The position numbers were made by a program, and so were the translations under genes. Below, in pieces: positions 52,350 through 64,000 of a DNA stretch of 64,000 nucleotides; positions within the stretch are counted from its first letter, which is position 1, and each line of letters starts with the position of its first letter. The stretch is taken from assembly GCA_964016885.1 (NCBI GenBank), contig OZ024743.1:161386001-161450000 (forward strand). The letters are read 5' to 3'. Under the pieces are notes generated by a model. It saw nothing but the letters and a program-made list of their open reading frames with translations, did no database searches and had not been told where the DNA came from. This DNA is from Eledone cirrhosa (lineage: Eukaryota).

Positions 52350-52725
52350 TCATCATCATTACCATCATCGTTTTTATGTCCGTTTTTCCATGCTTGCATG
52401 GGTTGGACAGGTCCTTCTTAGTACAACATCTCTCCACTAACCGCATTTCTTCATCATCTCCTCTGTGAGTCTCAGTGATTTGAGGTCAGCTCTCACCACG
52501 TCTGCCCAGGTCTTTCTTGCTGTATCTCTACTGTGGCTTCCTTCTACTACCATTTCTTGGCAGCTCTTCATCCATTGATCATCATGTCCATACTAATGCA
52601 GTCTTCTCTCCAGCACACCACCTCAGTTTCCACTTAAACCCAGCTTCTCCCAGTTCATCCAATCTCTGCCTTTTTTTTTCACATTTTCATTGTACACTCC
52701 AATGAAGTATGGTTGCTTCATTTTT
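52350..52725 (-). mobile_element. RTE 3' fragment
   Basis: Homologous to 2105-2450 (tcagctctcaccacgtctgcccaggtc; catgtccatactaatgcagtcttctc). Confidence 0.8.
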
Positions 52726-54669
52726 ATATTCTATTGATATTAATGATGATGATGTGGAGAAGGATGACGACTGGAATGATAATTGTTATTTTGATGATTT
52801 GTTCTGATACAATGTGAGTAAGTGCAGTTGTCCAAATGAACATTTTCTATGACTGATGTTATTTTAGCAACACCAGACATTTCATCTACCTTTCACCAAC
52901 CGCACAACTTTCCATCTCTCTATAGCAATCACTAGCCACTGTTTTCTGTCCTTAGGGGTATTTTTACCCAAATTGCATGTTGTTGCCATTGACAGAATTC
53001 AGCTGTTTTAACAGCTGTTCCATGTGTTCAAGTTTTCAACTTATTTCTATGAATTTCAAATACACTGAATCTCCATCTCGATTTTTTAGGCAACCAATGT
53101 TTATATATATATGAAATAAAATCATAGAAAATTCTTGAATTTAACATTCCAACATTGTTCTATGTGAGATTAACAGAAGAGTTTACCTCCTGCAAGTGTC
53201 CTTGTTGGACTAAATTCACTAGCAAAAGAAGAGAAAATCCTAGAAATAATTTTAAGCCACTTGTGTTTGACAATAAAATGTTAAAACCTTATGTCTTTCT
53301 AAATATAAATGATCATTTACTTTGCCTGGTTTATTTTCATCTCATCTTATTGATTTTTGCATGAGAGGTCAGTTGTATCAGTAGATGTGTTTATATAATT
53401 GGTCAATGACAACAGTAAAGTTTACATCAGAGGTTAATAGCATGTTTGGATGTTTTGTCTAAGAGGTCAATTGCATCTGTAGATATGTTTACATCAACAG
53501 TAAGAATCATCTGTTGATGTATATCGAGATAAAGATGTTTTAATATTTACATCATCACTGTTTCAATTAGTTGGATCATCAGTTGTATTATACTAAACTG
53601 GATTGGAGTTCAGAAAGAATTTTTATTTGCTCAGCTAATCCACTAAGCCACTGATATATGCTCAATTTAAGCTGTATTTTTTCGAGTTTCTTTTTGTGGG
53701 GTGATGGTTATTAGTTTATAGAGAGAAATGAGTTATGTAAAATATACATTCTTTAATAAGAAATACCCAGCTCATCATATAAGACTCTCAAGCATGAACA
53801 GATTATCTAAGAAAGTCAGCGGATTTGTAACACACATAACATCAAAAATGTTTAAAAATAAGACTACCCTTTCTAAATTTAAACTAAAGTTAAACCTACC
53901 TTGGAATAGCTAGAGCATAAGAACTACGTTTGTAGAGTCTCATGCATTTGCAGATGTTACAAAGGAGACACTGGGAGGCTCCTAAAGATCAGTAAAGAGG
54001 AACATAGAAAGTTTTAATGTGAGGAGAACCATGGAAGTCAGGAATAGCTGATCATATATGGTGTAAAAAAAAGAAACATTATATTGCTATGATATGAAAT
54101 TTCCATACTTGATAGAGAACCATATTCACATTCTAGATCACATCCTCACTAAAGACCATTTGCATCATAATTAAACTTTCACATTTCAACACTCTTTAAT
54201 CATTTGCTGAGCTGTCTTTTCTTTATATAATATACTATACAGCAATGGGCTGTTCCTCTGAATTTTTTAATTGTATAGCACTTAAGTTTCTTCATGTGCC
54301 TTTCCTCCACCAATCATATTTAGAGGATAAACTATTCCGTTTGTCAATCCTTCCTTTAACAAACTCATCATACTGGAATTCTCTTCTCAAATAGGGTCCA
54401 TCATTCAACCTTAGACTTTGAAAATCTAACCAACTGTTCTTCCCAATTTTGGGATGGCTTACAAAGGCAACATTCATTGCACCCCTCCTGACACTAGATT
54501 TAATGTTATATAAAACATGAAATGAAATAATATATTGCAATAGAAGGAGAATGTGGCAAGCTGTAAGGCCACCACCTGTATGATATTAATGTGATTAGTT
54601 TTGGAAGATAAGTTGGAATATATTTACAAATAAATAAGAGAAGTAGCTTGAAGTGTTGTGTAAAGTGTT

Positions 54670-55001
54670 GAAAATAGTGTTGTTCTAGAAGGCTTCAGCA
54701 ATGCAAATGGGATACTGTTAAAAATGATGATAATAAAGTTGTTATTTTCAGGTTGTTTAATAGTACTTTATATTTCAGGATAAAATCCTTTCATCAAACA
54801 AAGAGTTGAGGAAATTAATTTGGAGCAGATATTTTAATTTTAATTTGTTTTCTCAACTCTTTTTTTCACAAAAGGATTTTGTCCTGAAATATTAAGGACT
54901 ATTAAACAACTCAATGGTAACATTCCATCTTTATCATTATTTTTAACATGTAATGTCCCATTTGCCTTTCTATATAGCCTTCTTATAAATACACTATTTT
55001 C
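54670..55001. repeat. Degenerate ~330-bp foldback
   Basis: gaaaatagtgt..agaaggct..gcaaatggga..gttgtttaatagtactttatatttcaggataaaatccttt..aaagagttgag is mirrored by ctcaactcttt..aaaggattttgtcctgaaatattaaggactattaaacaac..tcccatttgc..agccttct..acactattttc. Confidence 0.88.
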
Positions 55002-55060
55002 TATACAAATAAATAGTTATATTCATGGAACATCATTATACCAGTACTATCCAATCAGAT

Positions 55061-55252
55061 AATTATTGTTTATACTTTTGGCACAAGACCAGCAATTATC
55101 CCAGTGTATTACTGGTACTTTATTTTATCGACCCTGTAAGGATGGAAGGCAAAGTTAACCTCGGCGGGATTTGAACTCAGACCATAAAGGGCCATAACTT
55201 TTTGCTGCAAAGCATGGTGTCCAACCCTCTACCGATACTGCCAATCCATCAC
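55061..55252 (-). mobile_element. SINE family A
   Basis: Full reverse-complement copy ~590 bp upstream of the exon. Confidence 0.9.
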
Positions 55253-55632
55253 CTATCCAATCATAATAATCGATAATAATAATAAATGGTTCTTTTCAGA
55301 ATGAATGTGTGTATAAATTGCAGTCTTTGGTTTAAGAATAGAAAAAAAATCTGTTTAGTTGATCAATTGGTTAGTTCAGATATTGTAAACAAATCTGACT
55401 TCATCATATAAGGCCTAACAGAGGAAAAATTCATTCCCTCTGGAATTCTCTCTATGTAAGGACTTATCTGAAGAAATTTAGATGTTATTACTAGAAACAA
55501 TAGGCACTAATCCAAAAACTCAGTCTTTGGCAACGTGAAAGAGTTGATAATGCAATACAAAGATCTACCAATCTTCTCTAACAAATAAAATAGTTTTCAA
55601 ATATTTTATTTCTTAGAGAAATTATTTAAAAC

Positions 55633-55839
55633 TTGTTTTTCTCTCTCTTTCTCTTTCCTCATCTTTCTCCCACTGTCCTCCTCTCTCTCCTTTCATCTCT
55701 TTCCTTTCAGCTCAACTTACTTCACTCTTTTCAATTTTCTCTCACATTTTTCTTTTCTTTCTCCCTATCTGTCTCTGTTCTTTCTCTCCTCTCTCATATA
55801 AATGTTACTAATATTGGTCTCTTTTTTTCTCTCCACAAG
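55633..55839 (+). promoter_or_regulatory. Extended polypyrimidine tract, branch point and 3' splice site
   Basis: ~170-nt CT-rich tract; branch-like tactaat 55806-55812; acceptor ctttttttctctccacaag. Confidence 0.8.
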
Positions 55840-55968
55840 CATGTGATATGAACATACATAAAAAATGTCAGAAAAATGTTCCACAACTGTGTGGTATTGA
55901 CCACACTGAAAGACGAGGTCGCATTAAACTCAACATTACATTCAAGAAGAATGAACTGATTGTTAGAG
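55840..55968 (+). CDS. PRKCA: Next internal exon of conventional PKC (end of C1b, start of C2: (A)[42 protein letters not shown])
   Basis: 129 nt, phase 1 to 1, in frame with the 13728 exon (G|CA = Ala); donor g|gtaggt. Matches PKC-alpha [28 protein letters not shown]; completes all 8 Zn ligands of C1b. Confidence 0.97.
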
Positions 55969-56056
55969 GTAGGTCATATTTATGTTTTGTTTAATTCAGT
56001 ATTTGCTGCAAGCTAATCAATTAATCAGTTATATAATTAATAGTTATATGCTGTAA

Positions 56057-56238
56057 TAGTCTTCAGAATTATTAGCATGCTGGATAAAATGCTTTGCAGG
56101 ATTTGTTCCGAATCATTACATTTTGAGTTCAAATCCTGCCACGGTCAATCTTCCCTCTGATTCTTCTGGGGGTCAGTTTCATTGACTTTCTCCTTCCCAA
56201 AAAATTGGTGGCCTTTTGCCTAAATTAGAAACCAATAT
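56057..56238 (+). mobile_element. Diverged SINE family A relative
   Basis: gagttcaaatcctgccacggtcaatcttccctctgattcttctgggg...ggccttttgcctaaattagaaaccaatatt; an opposite-strand relative follows at ~56250-56430. Confidence 0.7.
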
Positions 56239-59200
56239 TCCTTCTGAAATAATGTTTTCTATTTCAGGCACAATTTGGGGAGAGGGGAAATGTCAATTAA
56301 ATCGACTCCAGTATCTGACAGGTATTGTATTTTATTGGCCCAGAAAGAAAGAAAGGGGAAATTGACTGTGGCAAGATTTGAACTCAAGTTACTAGAATTC
56401 TGTCCAACACACTAATGATTCTTCCATAACATGAACTTTGTAAAATTTGAATTTAGAACTGCAAGCTATAACCTGCCTTTCATGTGAACCAATCTGCATG
56501 ATGTTTGACACAGCTAAATCTCCCTCAAATCTCCCTCTACCATTGAAAAACTAAAGTCACACTAAATGATATAGTCCTAAATACACTATGTCTAAATAAC
56601 AGACAGGATGGCCATAATTGAAATACATTTCATTATATGGGTCCCTATCATGAAAACACCACATGAGATGAAACCGTGTAGGAAGCTGGTTAAACCTTAT
56701 AAGTATGAAATGATCATCGTGTACACAGCTATAACAATAAGAACATTATAAGTAGGTCTTCTGGATCAGTGCTGATATTGGGGCTAAACGACCATAACAT
56801 CAAGCTGATTTTACAATATAGTCTTATTTTCCACTGGAATGATGATCTTGTAGAGAGCAAGAACAATCAATTGAACCTCACCTGTAGAAAATAAAAATTA
56901 TTTGACTACATCTTTATCAGCAGAATACCAATTTGAAAGACAGAATAGGCATCACAAGCATCCAAAACTCCAGGAAATCACTCACTACTGTATAAATAAA
57001 AAGGGACAAACTGGACAATGTTGTCACTGATATACAAAAAGACAGGAGAGTAGACACTCCAAATAATTTTAAAAAAACTGATCTAGTGCTGGTGGCATGA
57101 ATAATGCACCCAGTCCATGCTTTAAAGTTGTTGTTGATAGGAAGGGCATCCAGCCAGAAAAACCCTGCCAAAACTATGACAATAACAAATCTAATTATAC
57201 AATTCTGATTTTAGTATTCAGTTTATATATATATGATCATCAACATTTATTTAACCTCTGCTTTTGTGTTGACATTATATATATGTGATGTCAACAGAAA
57301 AATGCACACAGAAAAATATTTACATATGACGGAGAGAGAGCTTGGTGATTGATGACCTTCACCAAACTGACTTTTAATACCCAAAAGGAAGGTTATATAC
57401 ATTACAAGGACAACACAATAGTTAATTGGTCTCACTGCTACTATAGGCAAGGACAAACTAGAAAACAACACATTGGATAATTTAGTCCTAGATACACTAC
57501 TCTACACTCGAAAAAATACAGGATAGTCACGGCTGGAATGCCTTTGCTCATAGGTCTGCTCAGTCAGATATGACATGGGAGCTAAATATCAACAATGAAT
57601 TATTTCTTTCAGCTTTGAATGTTGTCATTGTATAGTTACAAGTCATCCCTAATCAAGCAAAGCTCTGATCGAAGGAGATTCAGCTGTGACCATCAAGTCC
57701 TCTTTCATACATAGTGTATGAAGGACATTATTTGATGATTTCTTGTTTAAGAACTTAGTGATCTTGTGTAGATTTGGCTGCTATTTCGAGCAAGTAAAGC
57801 AACTATGTCTCAACGTTATTATTGGCACAAAAAGGCTCTCTTATTGTAGCAGCTTTAGGAGGAGATTTTATGCCAAAATTCAATAACTCTTGGGTATATT
57901 TAGATTATGTCTGAGAACTAGACCATATCTGACATATTGGTACACCAGGTGTTGAACGTTACTTTGGATTGGCTGGTTCACTATATTAATATAATGGTTT
58001 GACAAATGACCGTAGTATATACCATATGTAACTAACATAAACTAAGAGTTGGCATCAGGAAGGATATCTGGATATAGATAACCTGCTAGAAAAGATATTG
58101 TCTACCCCATGGAAGCATGGAAAAATGGACATAAAAAATGATGTTACAGATATGTTACAGTTAGGTTTCTTTTTTGGGGGCGGGTGCGGGGGTTTCACCA
58201 TCTTCATCCTGCTCTTAATGTGAGCAAACTTTTAACTTGACATTTGCATAGCACCATTAATGATATGACTAAAATAAAGTTACTATGCATTGACATAACA
58301 TCATGATCTGGGCTTGCCAAGAGCTAAACTCATGCTCTATATTGTTTAGCACCATCCCCTCAACCATCAATACCCCCACCACTGCCACTATCATCATCTA
58401 CACAACAACTACCACTACAATAATCACTACTACTAACAATAATTAACGGTTTTTTGTTTTTTTTCTTATTAGCCTTTTTACATTGATCTTTGTTAAAGAC
58501 CATCTTGCACTACAACACTTTTAAGATATAATGAACACATCCATCTTTCTCATCTCTATTTCTAGAAATTTAAACATTTATTCATTGCTTTTTGCAATGA
58601 TGTTATTATTGTTGCTGATGTTATTATTATTTTCTTAAATTTTAATATCATTCTTTGTTGCTTTAATTTCGAGATTTTTCTTTTTTTATGTGTGTACTTT
58701 TTCATATATAATTCTAGGCTGTTCTGTATTCATATGTAAACTATCTATAATGCATTTAAATGGGGGATAGTAGTAGTAGATGCAGTGTACCGTGTAGGAG
58801 AGAGTAGCAGAGGCATATATTAGCTTTCAATTAAGACACACCCTCAGGACCTAGACTCAGTTAACTTTCCTTTATATTAATAGAAATAATTCATTGGGCT
58901 GCCAAAGGGGAATGGCAACTGATAGTGGTGGTGGAAGTTGCAATGGGTGTGTTTATGGATTGTTCTGGTGATAGTGATGCTTGTATTGAAGGCTGTAATG
59001 GTGGTTACTGAATAGCAGTGGTAATAGCTGTGGTACTGACTATAATGGTTACGTAGCAATGATGGTGACAGTGGTAATAGTATAGCAAGGGTGGGTGGGG
59101 ACAGCGGACAAGCTGAATTGGAAAAAGAATCAATACTATGCAACATACTCAAAAGCTGCATTAATGCATTACTGCATACACACCTGCACACATAGATACA

Positions 59201-61561
59201 CACACCAACACAGCATGTAACATGCACAATGCAAATAATACTTAATGCTATAATAACTATAATAAATTATTACCCAGTGTGGAGGTGAGATATCTAAATG
59301 GGTATAGTATGAGGGCTATCTACTCATAGATTATGAATTCAAATTTGCTGCAAACCTTTTTGTTGTCTATCTGGGCTGAACTAGAATATTTATTCTACAT
59401 GAACTGAGATTATCTATCAATTGTAAATAGGTACCAGAAAATCTAGAAATGTTTTCTGAGATAAATATACTGGTAACTTATCGGGGAGAGATTTATCTCA
59501 CACCCACTTTATATGATGAGAGTTAAACACCAGTTCTGTAAACTCCTTGGGTACTAAGAGGCATTTGTATATATATGAAAAATACATAATACTCACACAT
59601 TACCTCTAATTTGGCTTAAGAGTGAAATATATATTTTCCTCTACTATTTTATTCACATTAAGACATTTTGTTTCATGTCTTTTTGTTTATTGGTTTGATC
59701 TGAAAAAAGGAGCTATGCCCATGATCTTTGCAGGTGCTACAAAACTGGTGAGATCTTGTAAGGTCTGTAAAGGGGTGAGTCAGGAATACATGAGAGGAAG
59801 TAGCACAAGACAAGTTAACTGCAATGAGCAGAAGCCACTGCAATAGCAGTAGAAAAGAGAATAGACATGGTATATCTCCTATCTCTGCTGAGAAATAAAG
59901 AGTCCCCTCTACCCTATGCTGTCTTCATTCATTCGCTAGCACTAAAAGCTTGTTGACCTTGGCACCTGCACCAGAGGTTCATCTTGTCTTTGGCAGCTAG
60001 AAAAATGATTAAAAAGAACCAAATTGATCGTGGAAAGAGTAACAAAAGAGAACCAGTGTGAAAGGAACTTGACAATCATAGAAAAGGGAGAGAGAGTCTG
60101 TGTGTGATAGGCAGCAGTTACAGTTTGGATGTTGGTAAGGAGATTCAATAGAAACATCAGAATCAGTATGATGGAGGAAGGAGACAGTATGATAGAAGAA
60201 AGAGTACTGAAAGTGTGAGAATGCTTGAGAGAAGTAATTGATCATATCGTTTGGGGAGATATGTAAGCCTACTCACCTGTTTTGCGCCTGCCTGTGAACT
60301 TATCATTGTGCTTCAGATACCAACTGCTTGTCACATACCTATGATAAAGCTATCATCTTTCTTACCTTCTCCATCTTATTTCCAGTCTACGCCCCCCCCC
60401 CCAAAAAAAAAACTAGAAAGGCCCTTCAAGGCAGTCTATGACTGGCAACCTATCTAGTGCTGGTGCCACAATAAAATGCACCCAGCACATTCCGTAAACT
60501 GGTTGTTGTTAGGAATAGCTTCCAACCATAGAAACTATATCAAAAAGAGTTGAGAGGACCTTCCAATCACAACACAATATCCTCTCTAGTACTGGTATCA
60601 AGAAATGCACCCGGTACACCACGTAAAGTGGTTGGTGATAAGAAAAATATTCAGCTGTAGAAATCATGCCAAAAAGGTCACAACCTCTCTTGCGTTGGTG
60701 ACCTACACTATAAATGCACCTGAATACTCTGTAAAATGGTTGGTGTTTGGAAAGTCATCCAGCTATCATTTCATATTCATTTTTCCATTCTTGCATGGGC
60801 TGTTTGAGTCATCATATGGTCAGTACTTAACTAGAGCTACTAATATGCCAGGGGATCATATTTTGTCAATTTTGGCAGGGTTTCTATAACTGGATGCTCT
60901 TGCTAATGTTGAACACTTTACCGAGTATACTGGATGCATTTTATGACACTAGCACATGTGTATATATCAATATATATGTATACTCACTCTCAAACATACA
61001 CATGCATATAAACCTAATAGTATGTTCATAGTCTTGGGGTTAATCCTTGTTACAAATATTGAATTCAGGTGGGCACTTCAATATGTAAGGATTAAGTTGT
61101 TGTCATGTTTAATTATGCATTTTAGCACTGTTTAATTAAACTCAGTTATTACATCCTCATTGGAGAATACACTCAATGTAATAAAGCAGAGAGACAGGTA
61201 TTGAATCAATTCAATGAAATTATTGATCTCTAGAATGGAGCAATTAAGATTAAAATGTTAATTGCATCTAAATACCCTCTCCTGTTAACCACCTTATTCA
61301 GTCATTTGGGATCAGTTCACTAATTTCCCCTTTTATTAGATATTGCTTATGACTAGCATTTGTGTGTCTGAGTTATGTTTTTACCAGATTATTTCAAATA
61401 CCTGTGTAAATGAGATGAGCCATTACTAAATATTCAGATATGTGTGTGAGGAGTTATTAAATTATTTCACATGTATTTTGTCTGAGATGAATTATTACAA
61501 GTATTATCACTAGATTCTTATGTTTGCATGCTTAAGATGAGTTCTTGTATTATTACCTAAT

Positions 61562-61900
61562 GTGAAAGTGTTTGGTGTAATGGTTAGAGAGTTGAGCTCA
61601 CAATCGCAAGGTTGTGAGGTTGAATTCTGGACTGGGTGGTGCACTGTGTTCTTGAGCAAAACACTTGATTTCATGTTGCTCCAGTTCACTCGGCTGTAGA
61701 AAAGAATTGCGACGTCACTAGTGCCAAATTGTATTGGCCATTGCCTTTCCCTTAGACAACATCGGTGATGTGGAGAGAGGAGACTGGCATGCATGGGTGA
61801 CTGCTGGTCTTCCACAAACACACCTTGCCCAGGCTTGTATCTCGGATGGGAAATTTCCAGGTGCAAAAACATGATCATTCATAACTGAAAGTGGCCTACA
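61562..61900 (+). mobile_element. tRNA-derived SINE (family C, CORE-like middle)
   Basis: tggtgtaatggttagag..ggttgaattc head; tgtgttcttgagcaaaacactt.atttca.gttgctccag core. Confidence 0.78.
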
Positions 61901-62879
61901 ATATTACCTAATAATCAACCATTTTTATTCAAAATGGTTGATTATTCAAAATCATTTTCATTATTGTAATTGAAGCATTCAATTTTCCATGCTGGTATGG
62001 AAATATTGCATGATTTCATCTGTGAGAGCTGAATTTCTAAAATCTGATGAAACTACTTTTAGCTAAAACCTTACAGTTCATAATAGACTTTGCATTTCAT
62101 GACATTTTGTTTAGTAAAGGAAAAGGGGAGGCTGGATGTCTTCATCATGACACTTGCTCTAAAGCAATTCTTTTCACAAAACAGTATAGGAGGTATCTTT
62201 TCCTCCTACATTTTCATCATTATCACCAGTAGCATCACCACAAACTATTGAGGATTTTAATTTTTTCAGATTGTAAATTAAAAAGTCAACCTACATTACA
62301 GTAACATGGAATTAATTATTTCAATGTACGTTATCTGAAAGAAAAAATTTCATCATAGTATGTGTATGTGTGTATAGTGAAGGGACTGCATGTTTTTTTG
62401 TCAATAACATTTCTCTTCTTCTCAATCAACATTCCTGGAACTGCAGTTATGACAAAGGCACTATGAATAAGGCTTTCTTCTTTCAATTTCATCTGACATA
62501 GCTTTGTAGCTTTATTCATTATCATCATCACCATCATCCTTATTATCATTATCATTATCATCATCATTATTATCATCATCATCATCAATATTTCTACCTA
62601 ACTACTACTGCTGAGAGCAGTCTATATCAAATACATTTTTGCTTTAGTTCTTTACATTTAGCAGAAATTACAAAAAAACTGTTTTCCATGGTAACAGTGT
62701 ATCATTTAGATTTAAGAAGCCTTCTATAGTTATAGCAATGAGAAGTTAAGTTGGAGAAAGGATTGTATTGATGATAATTTTTCAATAACATCCTTATAAA
62801 AAGTAAAAAATAATTATGTGTGTCTGTGTGTGTATATTTATATATTCTTGTTAGTAAGGAGAACAGCTGTTAAATGATA

Positions 62880-64000
62880 TCATCATTATCATCATCAGGT
62901 TTAGCGTCCGTGTTCCACGCTTGCATGGGTTTGGACGGGGGTTTTCCCACTTGAGGCAAGAGTGGTTGTCTTGCTCGCATAGGACTGTCTGGCCGGATTT
63001 CTACAGTTGGATGCCCTTCCTAACACCAACCACATTTACAGTGTGGGGCTGGGAGGTTTTTACCGTGTTGCCTACACGGCCACATTACAGCGTGGACTGT
63101 CTGGCGGGTTTTCTACAGCTGGATGCCCTTCCTAACACCAACCACATTTACAGTGTGGGGCTGGGAGGTTTTTACCGTGTTGCCTACACGGCCACATTTA
63201 CAACGTGGACTGTGTGTTTTTTGTCGTGACACCTACACGATCTCATTTGTTTCGGCCTGGATGTTGTGGGACCAACATAACTTTACATTGAAAGGGGCAG
63301 TGTGGGTGGGGTGGAGGTGGTGGGACGGGGGTGTGTTTTGATAGAGATGCCTACTGACTGTAGTAGGTTTTTACTTTGTATTTAGGTAAGGCGGGTCTTC
63401 TCTATTACTGAGTACCGCCAAAGGTCTCGGTCCAGTGACATTGTCTTGGAGAGGTGTAAGCGTGTGAGGTCGGAATTTATCAGCTCGTCCCATGTTTTTC
63501 TGGGTCTGCCTACTCCGTGGCTACCGTCTATCTTTATTGCCCTGCACTTTGTTATACAGCTGTCGTCTTTCATGCGCATCACGTGACCGTACCAACGTAG
63601 CCTTCTCTCGAGTAAACAACATCTGATCCCTCTTATTTCTAATTTTTTCCTTAGTTTGTTTATGCTTTGCCGTTCACGTATATTACTATTGCACATCCAG
63701 CGGAGCATGCAAGCTTCGTTCCTCTCTAGTCTGCGTATATCCTCTGCACACAATGCCCAGGTCTCACTGCCATGCAGCATTGCTGTTCGTATGCAGGCAT
63801 CGTATAACCTGCCTTTCATTTTTAGGGAGAACCCTCTAGCGGCTAATAGTGGTATAAGCTCTCTGAACTTTTTCCATCCAGTTCTGACTCTAGCTACTGT
63901 ACTTTCAGAGCACCCTCCCCCACTGCTGATTTTGTCACCCAGATAATGGAAGCTGTCCACTATTTCTATAGAACCCTCTGCGCAGTTGAAGGAGCTAGTA
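62880..64000 (-). mobile_element. Young RTE LINE 3' end (runs off the window)
   Basis: Open 192-aa C-terminus (ORF 63382-63960) DSFHYLGD..GWKKFREL..RRLRWYGHVMR..GRPRKTW; 3' UTR with an ~110-bp internal duplication; (gat)n tail. Confidence 0.95.

Noticed and set aside
55969-64000. Next PKC exon (C2 core, expected ..NL.PMDPNGLSDPYVK)
   Set aside because: Not found by eye; presumably beyond the window. The preceding C1a exon was likewise not seen in 1-13727.

Overview
AT-rich, microsatellite-dense eukaryotic (animal) genomic DNA. The repeat content strongly suggests an octopus or other coleoid cephalopod; this is inference from recalled repeat families. The only host coding sequence is two + strand internal exons of a conventional protein kinase C (PKC alpha/beta, Apl I type): 13728-13836 and 55840-55968. 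Together they encode the C1b domain and the start of C2, separated by a 42,003-bp intron, so the whole window is probably intronic pre-mRNA. The rest is mostly decayed mobile DNA: many RTE-clade LINE fragments (with a PHD-like Cys/His insert inside the RT), a Penelope-like element split by two RTE insertions, CR1-like, R4/Dong-like, CRE-like and Tx1-like LINE pieces, two DD37D (maT) transposons, a rearranged mariner, a Helitron-like element and tRNA-headed SINEs. The most notable observations are: (1) two sense-strand hammerhead-ribozyme folds, one a type III core capping a ~155-bp foldback and one a Penelope-type type I; (2) a set of foldback elements; (3) a maT copy that carries ~190 bp of the other copy's flank plus an extra terminus; (4) dsRNA-forming repeats around the second exon, whose Ile/Lys codons would become the more usual Val/Arg by A-to-I editing. 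Repeat boundaries are by eye and approximate.
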